56,773 nt of DNA, from positions 1 through 56,773 of the forward strand of contig DAOVDG010000002.1 in the NCBI GenBank assembly GCA_030669595.1, written 5' to 3'. Of this stretch, positions 7,949 to 16,783 are shown one piece after another; the stretch's first letter is position 1, and each line of letters starts with the position of its first letter. The notes under the pieces were generated by a model. It did no database searches. It was not told the origin of the DNA and saw only the letters and a list, made by a program, of their open reading frames with translations. The position numbers were made by a program, and so were the translations under genes. This DNA is from Candidatus Thorarchaeota archaeon (GTDB lineage: Archaea; Asgardarchaeota; Thorarchaeia; Thorarchaeales; Thorarchaeaceae).

Positions 7949-9469
7949 TTGGTAGAGTACAATAAGGTCACGGACGAAGTTGTGAAGAAGCTGGCTGCAA
8001 TCTGTGGCGAGAAATACGTCACGGACAGCGAACCGCTACGCTACAGCTATATGGCAAAAGGCATCATGGGACTGGAGGCCGTTCTTCCTGAGGTCGTAAT
8101 CAGACCTGCAAATACTGAGGAAGTTCGGAAAATCCTCATGGTGGCCAACGATAACCTGAGCCCTGTCACTCCCGCTGCAGGCGGTCTCAGCGGGGGCTTT
8201 GCGTTGCCAGCGATTGAGCCGGGGGGCATTTTGATGGACATGACACGGATGAACAAGATGGAGGTCGACACAGAGAACCGAGTCATGATAGTTGAGCCTG
8301 GCGTGAGATGTGGTGACGCTTGGCGTATCTTCAAGAAGCGATGGCCAGATTGGGCGCCACCAATTCCTGATGGAGCACCACCAGGAGCTACCATCCTAGG
8401 CGATGCCATAGAACGCGGCTTCTCACTCGTGACCGGGAGGTACGGACCGCAGGCTGATATGATCATGGGTCTTGAGGTAGTCCTACCAAGCGGTGAGATG
8501 TTCAAGACTGGTTCATGGGCACTTGATGGTGCGAAGGCGTTCTATAGGTGGGGTGTCGGGCCAAACCCCGACGGCCTATTTCTGGGTTCTCAGGGCTCGA
8601 TGGGCATCATCACCAAGGCTGCTGTAAAGATTGTACCTCATCCACACTTCAAAACGATTGTCGCGTATGGTGGTGATAGCTGGGAACACATTGTTGAGCC
8701 GGCCTGGGAGATTGGCAAGTACGAAATGGGGATTTCCGATAATACGGTCATGGTCCAAGGAGGTAACTGGCCCCTTGTGATGACCCGCTGGCCCAAGAGC
8801 AACGTGCCGCTCGATTATAAATTCTACGAGAAAATCGGCATTGACGAGTATTGGATGAACTCAGAGGTGTGGGCGCACTCCCAAGAAGAGCTTGATTTCA
8901 CGCTGAAGAGGATTGATGAAATTTACAAGGACTACGAGGTTAAGCAGAAGACAACGTGCAAACAGCAGCAATTGCATCCGAAGCAGATTGCGTCAAGGCT
9001 CAAGAAGCCGAACCTGATTGCAGTTCCATACGGTCTGTACGAGGCTGGGTTCTTGTTCATTACTTTCTACTGTCCTTGGCTGGAAAGCGCGAGAATGATG
9101 GAAGAGTATTGCGCAGCCATGGAGAACTACGGTTTCCCACCTACGATGTGGGTCGCTTCAATAGATCATGCAAGGCAAGCCATAGTCATGCCAATACTCT
9201 GCTTTGATAGCAGTGAGCCTGACATATACGAGAAGATACGCGAATTCAATCTTGAAACCACAAAGAGCTTCTTGGACAAGGGCTGGGTCAATTACCGTCC
9301 TGACCCATTCGTTCACGCACCTGAAACATTCATCCGAGCCAAAGAGTATTACAGGATGCTAGTGAAATTTAGAAAAGTACTCGACCCGAATTTCATCCTA
9401 CATCCTGGGCGACTGGCCATTCCTTGGGGATCTGTTACAGACCTGCCGAATCCATTGGAGGGGGAATAA
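7949..9469 (+). CDS. FAD-linked oxidase (GlcD / D-lactate dehydrogenase / vanillyl-alcohol-oxidase-type PCMH fold)
   Basis: ORF 7883..9469. The TTG at 7949 lies 7 nt after GGAGG (7937..7941) and is the more likely start. FAD-binding segment: PEVVIRPANTEEVRKILMVANDNLSPVTPAAGGLSGGFA...ENRVMIVEPGV. Confidence 0.7.
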   Translation: MVEYNKVTDEVVKKLAAICGEKYVTDSEPLRYSYMAKGIMGLEAVLPEVVIRPANTEEVRKILMVANDNLSPVTPAAGGLSGGFALPAIEPGGILMDMTRMNKMEVDTENRVMIVEPGVRCGDAWRIFKKRWPDWAPPIPDGAPPGATILGDAIERGFSLVTGRYGPQADMIMGLEVVLPSGEMFKTGSWALDGAKAFYRWGVGPNPDGLFLGSQGSMGIITKAAVKIVPHPHFKTIVAYGGDSWEHIVEPAWEIGKYEMGISDNTVMVQGGNWPLVMTRWPKSNVPLDYKFYEKIGIDEYWMNSEVWAHSQEELDFTLKRIDEIYKDYEVKQKTTCKQQQLHPKQIASRLKKPNLIAVPYGLYEAGFLFITFYCPWLESARMMEEYCAAMENYGFPPTMWVASIDHARQAIVMPILCFDSSEPDIYEKIREFNLETTKSFLDKGWVNYRPDPFVHAPETFIRAKEYYRMLVKFRKVLDPNFILHPGRLAIPWGSVTDLPNPLEGE

Positions 9470-9518
9470 GAAATGGAAGCGTGTCCACAACATAAGTTTC
9501 AAAACATAACCTACACAA

Positions 9519-9523
9519 GGAGG
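9519..9523 (+). promoter_or_regulatory. Shine-Dalgarno-like GGAGG
   Basis: GGAGG lies 10 nt upstream of the ATG at 9534. Confidence 0.45.
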
Positions 9524-9533
9524 CAAGATTCCA

Positions 9534-10844
9534 ATGACTAGTCTTGAAGAGCTTCGCAAGATCAACGCGCGTTGCATACACTGTCGCGCCTGCCAATATG
9601 CCTATTCTAACGAGCCGGATAGGGAGGGGGCGGACGAGGAGTACACTGGCATGATGCTATCATGTCCAGGCGGCAACTTCTACGGTTGGGAAGGCTACTT
9701 CAACAGTGGCAGGATGTGGATGGCCCGAGCATTCCTTGAGGGCGACCTCAAACCCAGTCAAGAGATGCTTGAGGTTATTGAGGCATGCACGACCTGTGGT
9801 CTGTGTGCTGAGCAATGCACAAACTACATTGATACAGTCGATATCATTGAAGAGCTGAGAGCTGCCATTATCGAGTCAGGCGTTGAGCCTTTGAGCAGGC
9901 ATAAGGTCATTGGAGATCGGGTCCTTGACACAGAGATGAGAAACCCCTATCACGATCCGAGGAGTGAGCGCACCGCATGGTATGACGGAGAGCTAGATAA
10001 CAAGGATGCGAAAATCGCCTATTATGTTGGTTGCACAGGGGCCTACAGACAACAGGGCGTCGCTAGGCACACTACAAGCATTCTGAGGAAGCTAGATGTT
10101 GACTTTACGATCCTGACTGACGAGGTGTGCTGTGGCTCTCCCATATTGCGCACTGGTCAAAAGGCCATCTTCAACACAGTCATGAATGAGAACTTGGAGC
10201 TCTTCAAGGACTTCGACTTACTCGTGTTCTCATGTGCTGGCTGCTTCCGTACTTTCAAATTGGACTATCCCAAGCAGAGCGGCAAACCACTGCCCTTCAA
10301 AGTTGCGCATACCCTAGACATTGTCTATGACCTCATCACTGAAGGCAAGCTCAAGATTGAGAAGCCCTACAACAAGAAGGTGACTTGGCACGATCCATGT
10401 CACACTATACGGCATATCGGACTATCAATTGAGAGGAAGATTCTCGAGGAATCGAAGAACTGGTTGCTTGATAGTAGGAAAGCGACCAAGGCGAAGGAAG
10501 CATGGTACGAGCGGCCCAGAGAAGTTATTCGTGCCATTCCAGGCATGGACTTTGTCGAGATGTACAGGATCAAGGGTAACAGTTTCTGCTGCGGAGCAGG
10601 GGGCGGTGTCAAGACACAATTTCGGGACATGGCCAACGACACTGCGAGAGAGCGTATCAAGGAAGCCGCATCAACCGGTGCGGAAGTCTTGTTGACTAGT
10701 TGTCCCTTCTGCATAACCAACTTCAACGATGCCGTCAAGGCGTTGAAGAAGGAAGAGGAAGAAACTGGTAAGGACTTGTCCGCTGTAGGTTCAAAGATTG
10801 AAGTGGTAGAGCTTCTGGAGCTAATGGACCAGCTGCTTGACTAG
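9534..10844 (+). CDS. Fe-S oxidoreductase with two ferredoxin-type clusters and two CCG domains (GlcF / HdrD / LutA-like)
   Basis: CIHCRAC and CTTCGLCAEQC cluster motifs. Two CCG motifs: EVCCGSPILR and NSFCCGAGGG, plus SCPFC. Confidence 0.75.
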   Translation: MTSLEELRKINARCIHCRACQYAYSNEPDREGADEEYTGMMLSCPGGNFYGWEGYFNSGRMWMARAFLEGDLKPSQEMLEVIEACTTCGLCAEQCTNYIDTVDIIEELRAAIIESGVEPLSRHKVIGDRVLDTEMRNPYHDPRSERTAWYDGELDNKDAKIAYYVGCTGAYRQQGVARHTTSILRKLDVDFTILTDEVCCGSPILRTGQKAIFNTVMNENLELFKDFDLLVFSCAGCFRTFKLDYPKQSGKPLPFKVAHTLDIVYDLITEGKLKIEKPYNKKVTWHDPCHTIRHIGLSIERKILEESKNWLLDSRKATKAKEAWYERPREVIRAIPGMDFVEMYRIKGNSFCCGAGGGVKTQFRDMANDTARERIKEAASTGAEVLLTSCPFCITNFNDAVKALKKEEEETGKDLSAVGSKIEVVELLELMDQLLD

Positions 10845-10922
10845 TTGAACTACTGGACTGGGTGGGATTGCTCCCGCCCAGACCCCTAGTTTTCAATAGA
10901 ACACCCAATTTCTCCGGTTTCC

Positions 10923-11183
10923 ATGGTCTTCGATATGCCAGATGATATGAGAGATGTTGCAGAGAAGCTGTTCAAGAATACGGAGAAAACGGGGAGCGAA
11001 CGCATGGGGAACTGCAAGAATCCCGCCTGTGGCTTCGAGGCACCGGACAATACCCTCTTCAAATGCGAGTTCTGCGGAGCAGATATCTGTAGCGAATGCT
11101 CCGATATAACCGACGATTTTGAATACATCTGCAGGGACTGTATCAATGCCAAGGGACTGACATCGGAGGACCTACAGTTCTAA
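10923..11183 (+). CDS. Small Cys-rich zinc-finger protein (8 Cys, two predicted Zn sites)
   Basis: CKNPAC...CEFC...CSEC...CRDC in an 86-aa ORF. The 3' end overlaps the convergent DUF998-like ORF by about 40 nt. Confidence 0.45.
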   Translation: MVFDMPDDMRDVAEKLFKNTEKTGSERMGNCKNPACGFEAPDNTLFKCEFCGADICSECSDITDDFEYICRDCINAKGLTSEDLQF

Positions 11184-11841
11184 CTGGATCGCACCTGAGT
11201 GGCCTTTCCAATAATGGTCCACTAACAATGCCGGACAATCTTCCAGTATAATGTAGACAATTAACAACCCAAGTCCATCCGACCGCGATAAGCGCCTCTG
11301 CTAGCTCCCTAATGGCGACGCTTGCCCCTGCTTGGAAGATGGTCAGATAGCTCACCGCGGAAAGAACAAGCGTCAAGATGGCAAATGGACGCAACTCCCT
11401 GAATCTCAACCAAGCGAGCCCTGCTATCCCCAGTGCAATCGGAATTGACAGGAAGAAACCTAGTGCTGATAGAACGTGAGGTAACGGGAAGTCCTCTGAG
11501 AATACTCCCACAGAAGCCAAGAATATGCACGTTGTCATGAATGCTATCATGGCTATCTTTGTTGACCAATCATTCAGCATCCGGAAAAATGACACAGTGA
11601 AGTAGAGCAGCAAGAGCCCTCCTATTATGAGGCCCCCATTGAAAACTACTGCACTGAGAATTTGGAGGTTTCCAAGGTCTGTTCTGAACCAGCTACCAAG
11701 ATCACTGAGTGGATTTGATTGTCATGAGAATCCGGGCAAGAGCAAAACTGCAACTGGTATTGATATTAGCCCTATCAAGGGCCCCAAAAAGCCTGCAAGA
11801 TTGGGCTTAGGAATACCAGCTAGCTTTTCACGGAATGACAA
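11143..11841 (-). pseudogene. DUF998-like membrane protein paralog interrupted by an in-frame TGA (11722..11724)
   Basis: The track ORF 11143..11613 aligns only with the C-terminal two-thirds of the neighbouring 219-aa paralog. The same frame continues upstream as (L)SFREKLAGIPKPNLAGFLGPLIGLISIPVAVLLLPGFS*QSNPLSDLGSWFRTDLGNLQILSAVVFNGGLIIGG. The neighbour reads MSLSEKIREVPKPILMAAIAPLIALTCIAIAILISPDFSWTGNALSDLGHYIQTDIGPNPVVRAIIFNAGLAITG. The TGA falls exactly at the neighbour's Trp. Confidence 0.6.
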
Positions 11842-11850
11842 CGAACCACC

Positions 11851-12510
11851 TCATTTGATGATGTTCGCGAGCTTGCCAGTGTGGTGTAGGTAGACAAACC
11901 CCCAAATCCACATGATGGCAGTTAGAGAAGTCAGCATCTCAGGCAAGGCAACACCTGTCCAAGGCATTACTCCGGCAAACGTTCCCCACCACAGGTAGAT
12001 TGAGATAAAGGGCAACGCGAGTGATATCAGGACAAACCACCAGAGCTCTCGAAACTGTATCCAGCTAAAACCAATGAACCACATGGCCCACGGGAATGAG
12101 AAGAAGAATCCCACGGATACGATGTAGTGAGTAGGGCTGAAGTTCTCCGAGAAGACACCAATGGCTGTTAGAAAAACGGACGCTATGAAATACGGGATGA
12201 TGGCAATCTTTGTTGGTAGGTCAGTGAGTTGACGAAGGAGCCAAATGATGTAGTACACCATCGCTGTCCCAGTGATAGCCAGTCCTGCATTGAAGATAAT
12301 CGCGCGGACAACTGGATTTGGACCGATATCAGTTTGTATATAATGCCCTAGGTCGCTCAGTGCGTTGCCAGTCCAAGAGAAGTCTGGTGAAATGAGAATC
12401 GCAATTGCAATGCAAGTCAAGGCAATAAGTGGGGCTATTGCAGCCATGAGGATTGGCTTCGGTACCTCCCGAATCTTCTCAGATAGCGACATAAAACCTC
12501 TGGCAAGCAA
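11851..12510 (-). CDS. DUF998-like multi-pass membrane protein
   Basis: 219-aa ORF with 6-7 hydrophobic segments and the N-terminal motif ISPDFSWTGNALSDLG. The likely start is the internal M (MSLSEKI...). Confidence 0.6.
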   Translation of the reverse strand: MLARGFMSLSEKIREVPKPILMAAIAPLIALTCIAIAILISPDFSWTGNALSDLGHYIQTDIGPNPVVRAIIFNAGLAITGTAMVYYIIWLLRQLTDLPTKIAIIPYFIASVFLTAIGVFSENFSPTHYIVSVGFFFSFPWAMWFIGFSWIQFRELWWFVLISLALPFISIYLWWGTFAGVMPWTGVALPEMLTSLTAIMWIWGFVYLHHTGKLANIIK

Positions 12511-12644
12511 TCCTATATTTGAGTACTCCTACACATGGCGATATGTCTACATGTTTCCCGAGCAGTTCAAGCCAAGAATTCATTAGATGGATTATTCGTG
12601 TTCACGCCACACAAGCCCCCTAGCTCATAGAGGAGATGAATAAG

Positions 12645-13679
12645 ATGCCAGTGCCATTCAGAGTCCTGCAATTTGGCCTTGGAACCATGGGCAGGATAAT
12701 CACGCAGACACTCATGGACCGAGGAAACCTTGAACTGGTTGGGGTCGTTGATGTTGACCCCGAATACGCAGGCAAGAGTGTCGAGGAGATTCTGGGTTCG
12801 GGTCGCAAGACATCCACATCGGTCTTTACCAGCCTAGAGAGCGCACTTCACGTACTAGGAGATCAACCCGCTGACATTACCCTGATTGCGACGTTGTCCT
12901 CTCTCAATGACATTGCATCATCAATCTCAGATTGCTTTGAGGCTGGGATGAACGTAGTATCCCTCTGCGAAGAACTGTCGTATCCTTACATTCGCCATCC
13001 GGAACTCTCACGAAACCTGGATGGGTTAGCCAAGAAACACGGAAAGACGGTTCTGGGCACAGGCATCAATCCCGGCTTCCTAATGGACCTCCTTCCCATA
13101 TGCCTATCAGCTCCCTGTCAGAGAGTAGACACTATACACGTGACACGTTGCATTAACTCTAGTCGCCGCCGAAGTTCATTTCAGAAGAAGATTGGAACTG
13201 GGATGAGTCCAGAAGACTTCAAGACGGCCATATCTGAGGGTGCAATCACTGGTCACGTGGGCTTGGTAGAATCCATTCGAATGATTGACGATGCTCTTGG
13301 TCTGGAACTCGATTACGTGGAAGAGCTGCCTCCTGAGCCGGTAATCGCTTCTGCTGACATTGAAACGCCTGTTGCAGATGTGAAGAAGGGGTGGGTAATC
13401 GGATTGAAGAGCACGGGGATTGGCAGAAAAGACCAGAGGAATGTGGTGACCCTCAGCTTCGTTGCGCATGCAGGAGCCACGCCAGAGTTTGATGAGGTTA
13501 GCATTGAAGGCCATCCAAAGATTGTCCAGCGCATCGAGGGTGGAGTTCAGGGTGATTATGGCACTGTTGGGATGGTCTTGAATATGATTCCATTGGTTAT
13601 TGAAGCTCAGCCAGGCCTCTTCACGATGAAAGATCTACCATGTCCAAGAAACACGCAGTCATTCTGGAGAAGTGACTAA
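12645..13679 (+). CDS. NAD(P)-dependent amine dehydrogenase / DapB-like oxidoreductase (2,4-diaminopentanoate dehydrogenase family type)
   Basis: ORF 12636..13679. The ATG at 12645 lies 9 nt after GAGGAG (12630..12635). Rossmann N-terminus FRVLQFGLGTMGRIITQTLMDRGNLELVGVVD. GTGINPGF motif. Confidence 0.6.
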   Translation: MPVPFRVLQFGLGTMGRIITQTLMDRGNLELVGVVDVDPEYAGKSVEEILGSGRKTSTSVFTSLESALHVLGDQPADITLIATLSSLNDIASSISDCFEAGMNVVSLCEELSYPYIRHPELSRNLDGLAKKHGKTVLGTGINPGFLMDLLPICLSAPCQRVDTIHVTRCINSSRRRSSFQKKIGTGMSPEDFKTAISEGAITGHVGLVESIRMIDDALGLELDYVEELPPEPVIASADIETPVADVKKGWVIGLKSTGIGRKDQRNVVTLSFVAHAGATPEFDEVSIEGHPKIVQRIEGGVQGDYGTVGMVLNMIPLVIEAQPGLFTMKDLPCPRNTQSFWRSD

Positions 13680-13721
13680 CGAACTCTCTAGATAATGCAT
13701 TACTAAATCAGGTGAACAAGA

Positions 13722-15029
13722 ATGCTTGAGAAGTATAAGCAAGCAACTCCGAAATCACGCGATCTTTGGAACAGAGCTCTAAAGGTGTTCGCGGGAGGTG
13801 TTAACCACAACATACGAACTTTCGGCATGGTGTCCCCGGGTGCATACCCTCCCTACATCAAGCGTGGAAAGGGTAGTAAAATCTGGGATGTGGACGGTAA
13901 CGAGTATGTTGATTGGTGGATGACACACTACTCGCATATCTTGGGCCATAATCATCCGCGAGTGAGAGAAGCAATTCAGAAGCAGATGGAAGACTGTATT
14001 CACCTTGGTACTTTGAATGAGCATCAGGTTATCTTTGCTGAGAAGATTCAGGAGGCCATCCCATACCTCAAGAGAATGCGATTCTGCGCTACTGGAAGTG
14101 AGGCTGCCATGTATGCAGTCAGGCTCTCTCGCCTATTTACCGGGAAGCGTCTAGTAGCTAAGGCACGTGGGGGTTGGCACGGCGGCAGTGATGCACTTGG
14201 CTATCACATTCGCTACCCCTTCTCCGATGATCCATTTTATGACGGGGTTTCATTTGAGTTCAATGACCGTGACAGCGTGGACTTGCTAATGAAGAAATAC
14301 GGAACGGAGCTTGCCGCCATGGTAGTTGAGCCCGTGCTTGGAGCGGGAGGCGGGATTCCGCCAGAGCCGGACTTCCTTCCTTATCTTCGCGAGGAAACAG
14401 AAACACGGGGTATCTTATTGATATTCGATGAGATAATCACTGGCTTTCGTCTTCGTTATGGTGCAGCGGGGAAAGACATCTTTGGGGCGGAGCCCGACCT
14501 TCTCACATTGGGCAAGATTGCAGCTGGTGGAATGCCCCTCGGAGTCTACGGCGGACGCGAAGATGTCATGGCATTGGCCGCACCCGGGGCAAAAGGCGGG
14601 CGCTGGGTGGGCGGTGGAACTTTCTCAAGTCACCCACTCTCTATGGTTTCAGGGATAGCGACTTTGGATCAACTACGTTCATTATCAGATGACTACGCTT
14701 CGCTGAACAAGCGGGGAGATGGCTTCCGAGAGAAACTGAACCAAATAATGATGAACAAGAACGTCAACGCCTTGGCTACGGGCTATGGTTCAATGTTGTT
14801 CATCAATTGCCTCAAGGGCGATTTCAGAGGCTCGACGCTGACCGGAAGTAGTATTGGAGAAGCGTTTGACAAGCGCAGTCAGGATATGTTCCAGGCAAGA
14901 CTGATGGAGCAGGGTGTGTTTGGCTACCATGGACTGGGTGCGATATCGTTTGAACACTCCGAGCAGGATTTGGAAAAGACTCTCGAAGCTGTAGCAATAG
15001 CAGCCAAGAAACTGAAATGGGAGGCATAA
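13722..15029 (+). CDS. Class-III PLP-dependent aminotransferase / aminomutase (glutamate-1-semialdehyde aminomutase-like)
   Basis: ATGSEAAMYAVRLSR, LIFDEIITGFR, LGKIAAGGMPLG (PLP lysine) and GGTFSSHPL. AGGTGA lies 6 nt upstream of the ATG. Confidence 0.8.
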   Translation: MLEKYKQATPKSRDLWNRALKVFAGGVNHNIRTFGMVSPGAYPPYIKRGKGSKIWDVDGNEYVDWWMTHYSHILGHNHPRVREAIQKQMEDCIHLGTLNEHQVIFAEKIQEAIPYLKRMRFCATGSEAAMYAVRLSRLFTGKRLVAKARGGWHGGSDALGYHIRYPFSDDPFYDGVSFEFNDRDSVDLLMKKYGTELAAMVVEPVLGAGGGIPPEPDFLPYLREETETRGILLIFDEIITGFRLRYGAAGKDIFGAEPDLLTLGKIAAGGMPLGVYGGREDVMALAAPGAKGGRWVGGGTFSSHPLSMVSGIATLDQLRSLSDDYASLNKRGDGFREKLNQIMMNKNVNALATGYGSMLFINCLKGDFRGSTLTGSSIGEAFDKRSQDMFQARLMEQGVFGYHGLGAISFEHSEQDLEKTLEAVAIAAKKLKWEA

Positions 15030-15045
15030 AGAGAGCATAACAGAC

Positions 15046-15180
15046 ATGAAGAAGAACTTGGAATTATTCGACTATGCGAAGCAGCGGATATTCGTGGTGC
15101 TGTCTGTAATATATATCATCGCGGTCACTGCCGTTGCCCGAAACTTGTACAATCTTTTGGACATCAATGTCCTTGACTGA
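15046..15180 (+). CDS. Possible 44-aa single-pass membrane mini-protein
   Basis: ATG at 15046 gives MKKNLELFDYAKQRIFVVLSVIYIIAVTAVARNLYNLLDINVLD. Below the track cut-off and supported only by its hydrophobic core. Confidence 0.2.
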   Translation: MKKNLELFDYAKQRIFVVLSVIYIIAVTAVARNLYNLLDINVLD

Positions 15181-15408
15181 TGTTCGGTTCCTGCATCATC
15201 GAGGTTGCTTTTTGTTAATCCTGAATAATTAACTGAAAGTCTTACGTCCTCTCCACGGGCATTTTACGTCCCCGGCCAACTGACGGTGACGGTAGAGTCA
15301 TCCTTGGACTTGGTTCTCGTCCTTGACTGACACTACACGTACAGGTTCCTCTCTGGAGTATATTAACACCCATAAAAAAGGGTCTTCGATTCGCTATTCA
15401 TCTAAGAG

Positions 15409-15693
15409 ATGTCCAGCTTTGTACAGGTTTTCTGCAGCTGTTACATACCCTCTCTCGTGGGGACAGTCTACCATGCCAAGCAACCCAGTATTGATTTTTC
15501 GGAACAAAAGCATGAAATCGGGGCCAAGTATGAAGTAGTTGTCGAGCCTATTGAGGACGATGATGTCGTTGGGTTTGTGACCCGATTTGATATACCGCCG
15601 TCAGGAACGAAGCTTTACATCTTGAATGATGACATTGCACGTTTGACGCGATTCATGATACAGCTGCTCCGTTCGAATTTCAATTCTGAATAA
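15409..15693 (+). CDS. Hypothetical small protein, the only ORF in a 0.8-kb gap
   Basis: 94-aa ORF. The C-terminal part (YEVVVEPIEDDDVVGFVTRFDIPPSGTKLYILNDDIARLTRFMIQLL) looks protein-like, the N-terminal part does not. No recognisable RBS. Confidence 0.25.
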   Translation: MSSFVQVFCSCYIPSLVGTVYHAKQPSIDFSEQKHEIGAKYEVVVEPIEDDDVVGFVTRFDIPPSGTKLYILNDDIARLTRFMIQLLRSNFNSE

Positions 15694-15856
15694 GGCATTG
15701 ACACAATTCGTGCATGACCAACTGAGAGAAGCATATCATTCCAATTACGCGGTTCTTACCAATGAAAAGGCAATATGGCATTTTCCAGTCAAAGATAAAA
15801 GGGTGGCATGAGAGTGACGGATTCAATCAAAGGTCCGTCCTTCGCGGTGAATCAAG

Positions 15857-16771
15857 TTGGCAGAATCCGGAATAAAAGACAAACGAATAACTCTCGCTGA
15901 GGCGGCCAAGATGGTCCCAGATGGGTCTGGGCTCTTCTGGGGCGGCTTTGGCTTCCAGAGACCTCCGATAGCTTTTGCGTCAGAGTTGATCAGACAAAAG
16001 AAGCGCAATCTCACAATCTATACATGTGGTTCAGAGGTTGACCTCGAGATATTGGTTGGGGCGGGAGTTGTTCCACGCCTTGAGATCGCTTTCGTGGCGA
16101 TTGAAGCACTAGGGCTTGCTAACAACACGCGCCGAAGAGTTGCTGAGGGCAAGGTCGAAATTGAGGACTATAGCAACCTGGCAATGGCGATGAGGTTCTT
16201 GGGTGGTGCACTGAATGTTCCGTTCATGCCGCTGCGCAGCTTGATGGGGACCGACATGGTTGCCAAATCCCGGTATAGAGGCGACAAGAAGCTCAAGGTG
16301 ATTGATTGCCCGTTCACGGGAGAGAAGATCTGCCTTGTCCCATCGATTCAACCAGACTTCAGCATAGTCCACGCGCAGCGTGTAGATATGTCTGGGAACG
16401 CACAAATCGATGGAATCGTGGGTGAAGATCTTGAGGGCAGCCGCTGTGGAAAGAAACTCATTATCTTAACAGAGGAGCTCGTTGATGAAGAGGAAATTCG
16501 CTTCGCGCCTGAACAGACCAAGATTCCCTCCATGTACGTTGATCATGTTGTACTTGTTCCATTCGCAGCTCACCCAATGATGTGTCACGGCTACTATGAT
16601 TATGACTTGGAGTTCTTGCAGATGTTCCATAAGATTACCCGGAAGGAAGAGACTTGGCAGGAGTATCTGGATACCTACATCCTTGGGGTTGAGAATCATG
16701 AGGCCTATCTGGATAAGATTGGATGGAGTCGCTTGAACAAGCTGAGGGCCATCAAGCCAAGGGGGTACTGA
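15857..16771 (+). CDS. CoA-transferase subunit A (glutaconate / 3-oxoacid CoA-transferase family)
   Basis: TTG start. MVPDGSGLFWGGFG, IVHAQRVDMSGNAQIDG. It is immediately followed by the subunit B gene. Confidence 0.75.
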   Translation: MAESGIKDKRITLAEAAKMVPDGSGLFWGGFGFQRPPIAFASELIRQKKRNLTIYTCGSEVDLEILVGAGVVPRLEIAFVAIEALGLANNTRRRVAEGKVEIEDYSNLAMAMRFLGGALNVPFMPLRSLMGTDMVAKSRYRGDKKLKVIDCPFTGEKICLVPSIQPDFSIVHAQRVDMSGNAQIDGIVGEDLEGSRCGKKLIILTEELVDEEEIRFAPEQTKIPSMYVDHVVLVPFAAHPMMCHGYYDYDLEFLQMFHKITRKEETWQEYLDTYILGVENHEAYLDKIGWSRLNKLRAIKPRGY

Positions 16772-16776
16772 GGAGG
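16772..16776 (+). promoter_or_regulatory. Shine-Dalgarno-like GGAGG directly after the subunit A stop
   Basis: The stop and RBS overlap in tGAGGAGG: TGA stop at 16769..16771 and GGAGG at 16772..16776, 7 nt before the ATG at 16784. Confidence 0.5.
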
Positions 16777-16783
16777 TCACACA

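Noticed and set aside
11722-11724. TGA read as a sense codon (Trp or Sec recoding) in this genome
   Set aside because: TGA clearly terminates several motif-supported genes in the window, for example at 11851..11853, 39866..39868 and 16769..16771. I see no SECIS-like context. A point mutation or a sequencing error is the simpler explanation.
15169-15330. Exact 12-nt direct repeat GTCCTTGACTGA at 15169..15180 and 15319..15330 (150 nt apart)
   Set aside because: A 12-mer recurring within a few hundred nt is expected about once by chance in a window of this size. The repeats do not extend, and nothing resembling a mobile element lies between them.
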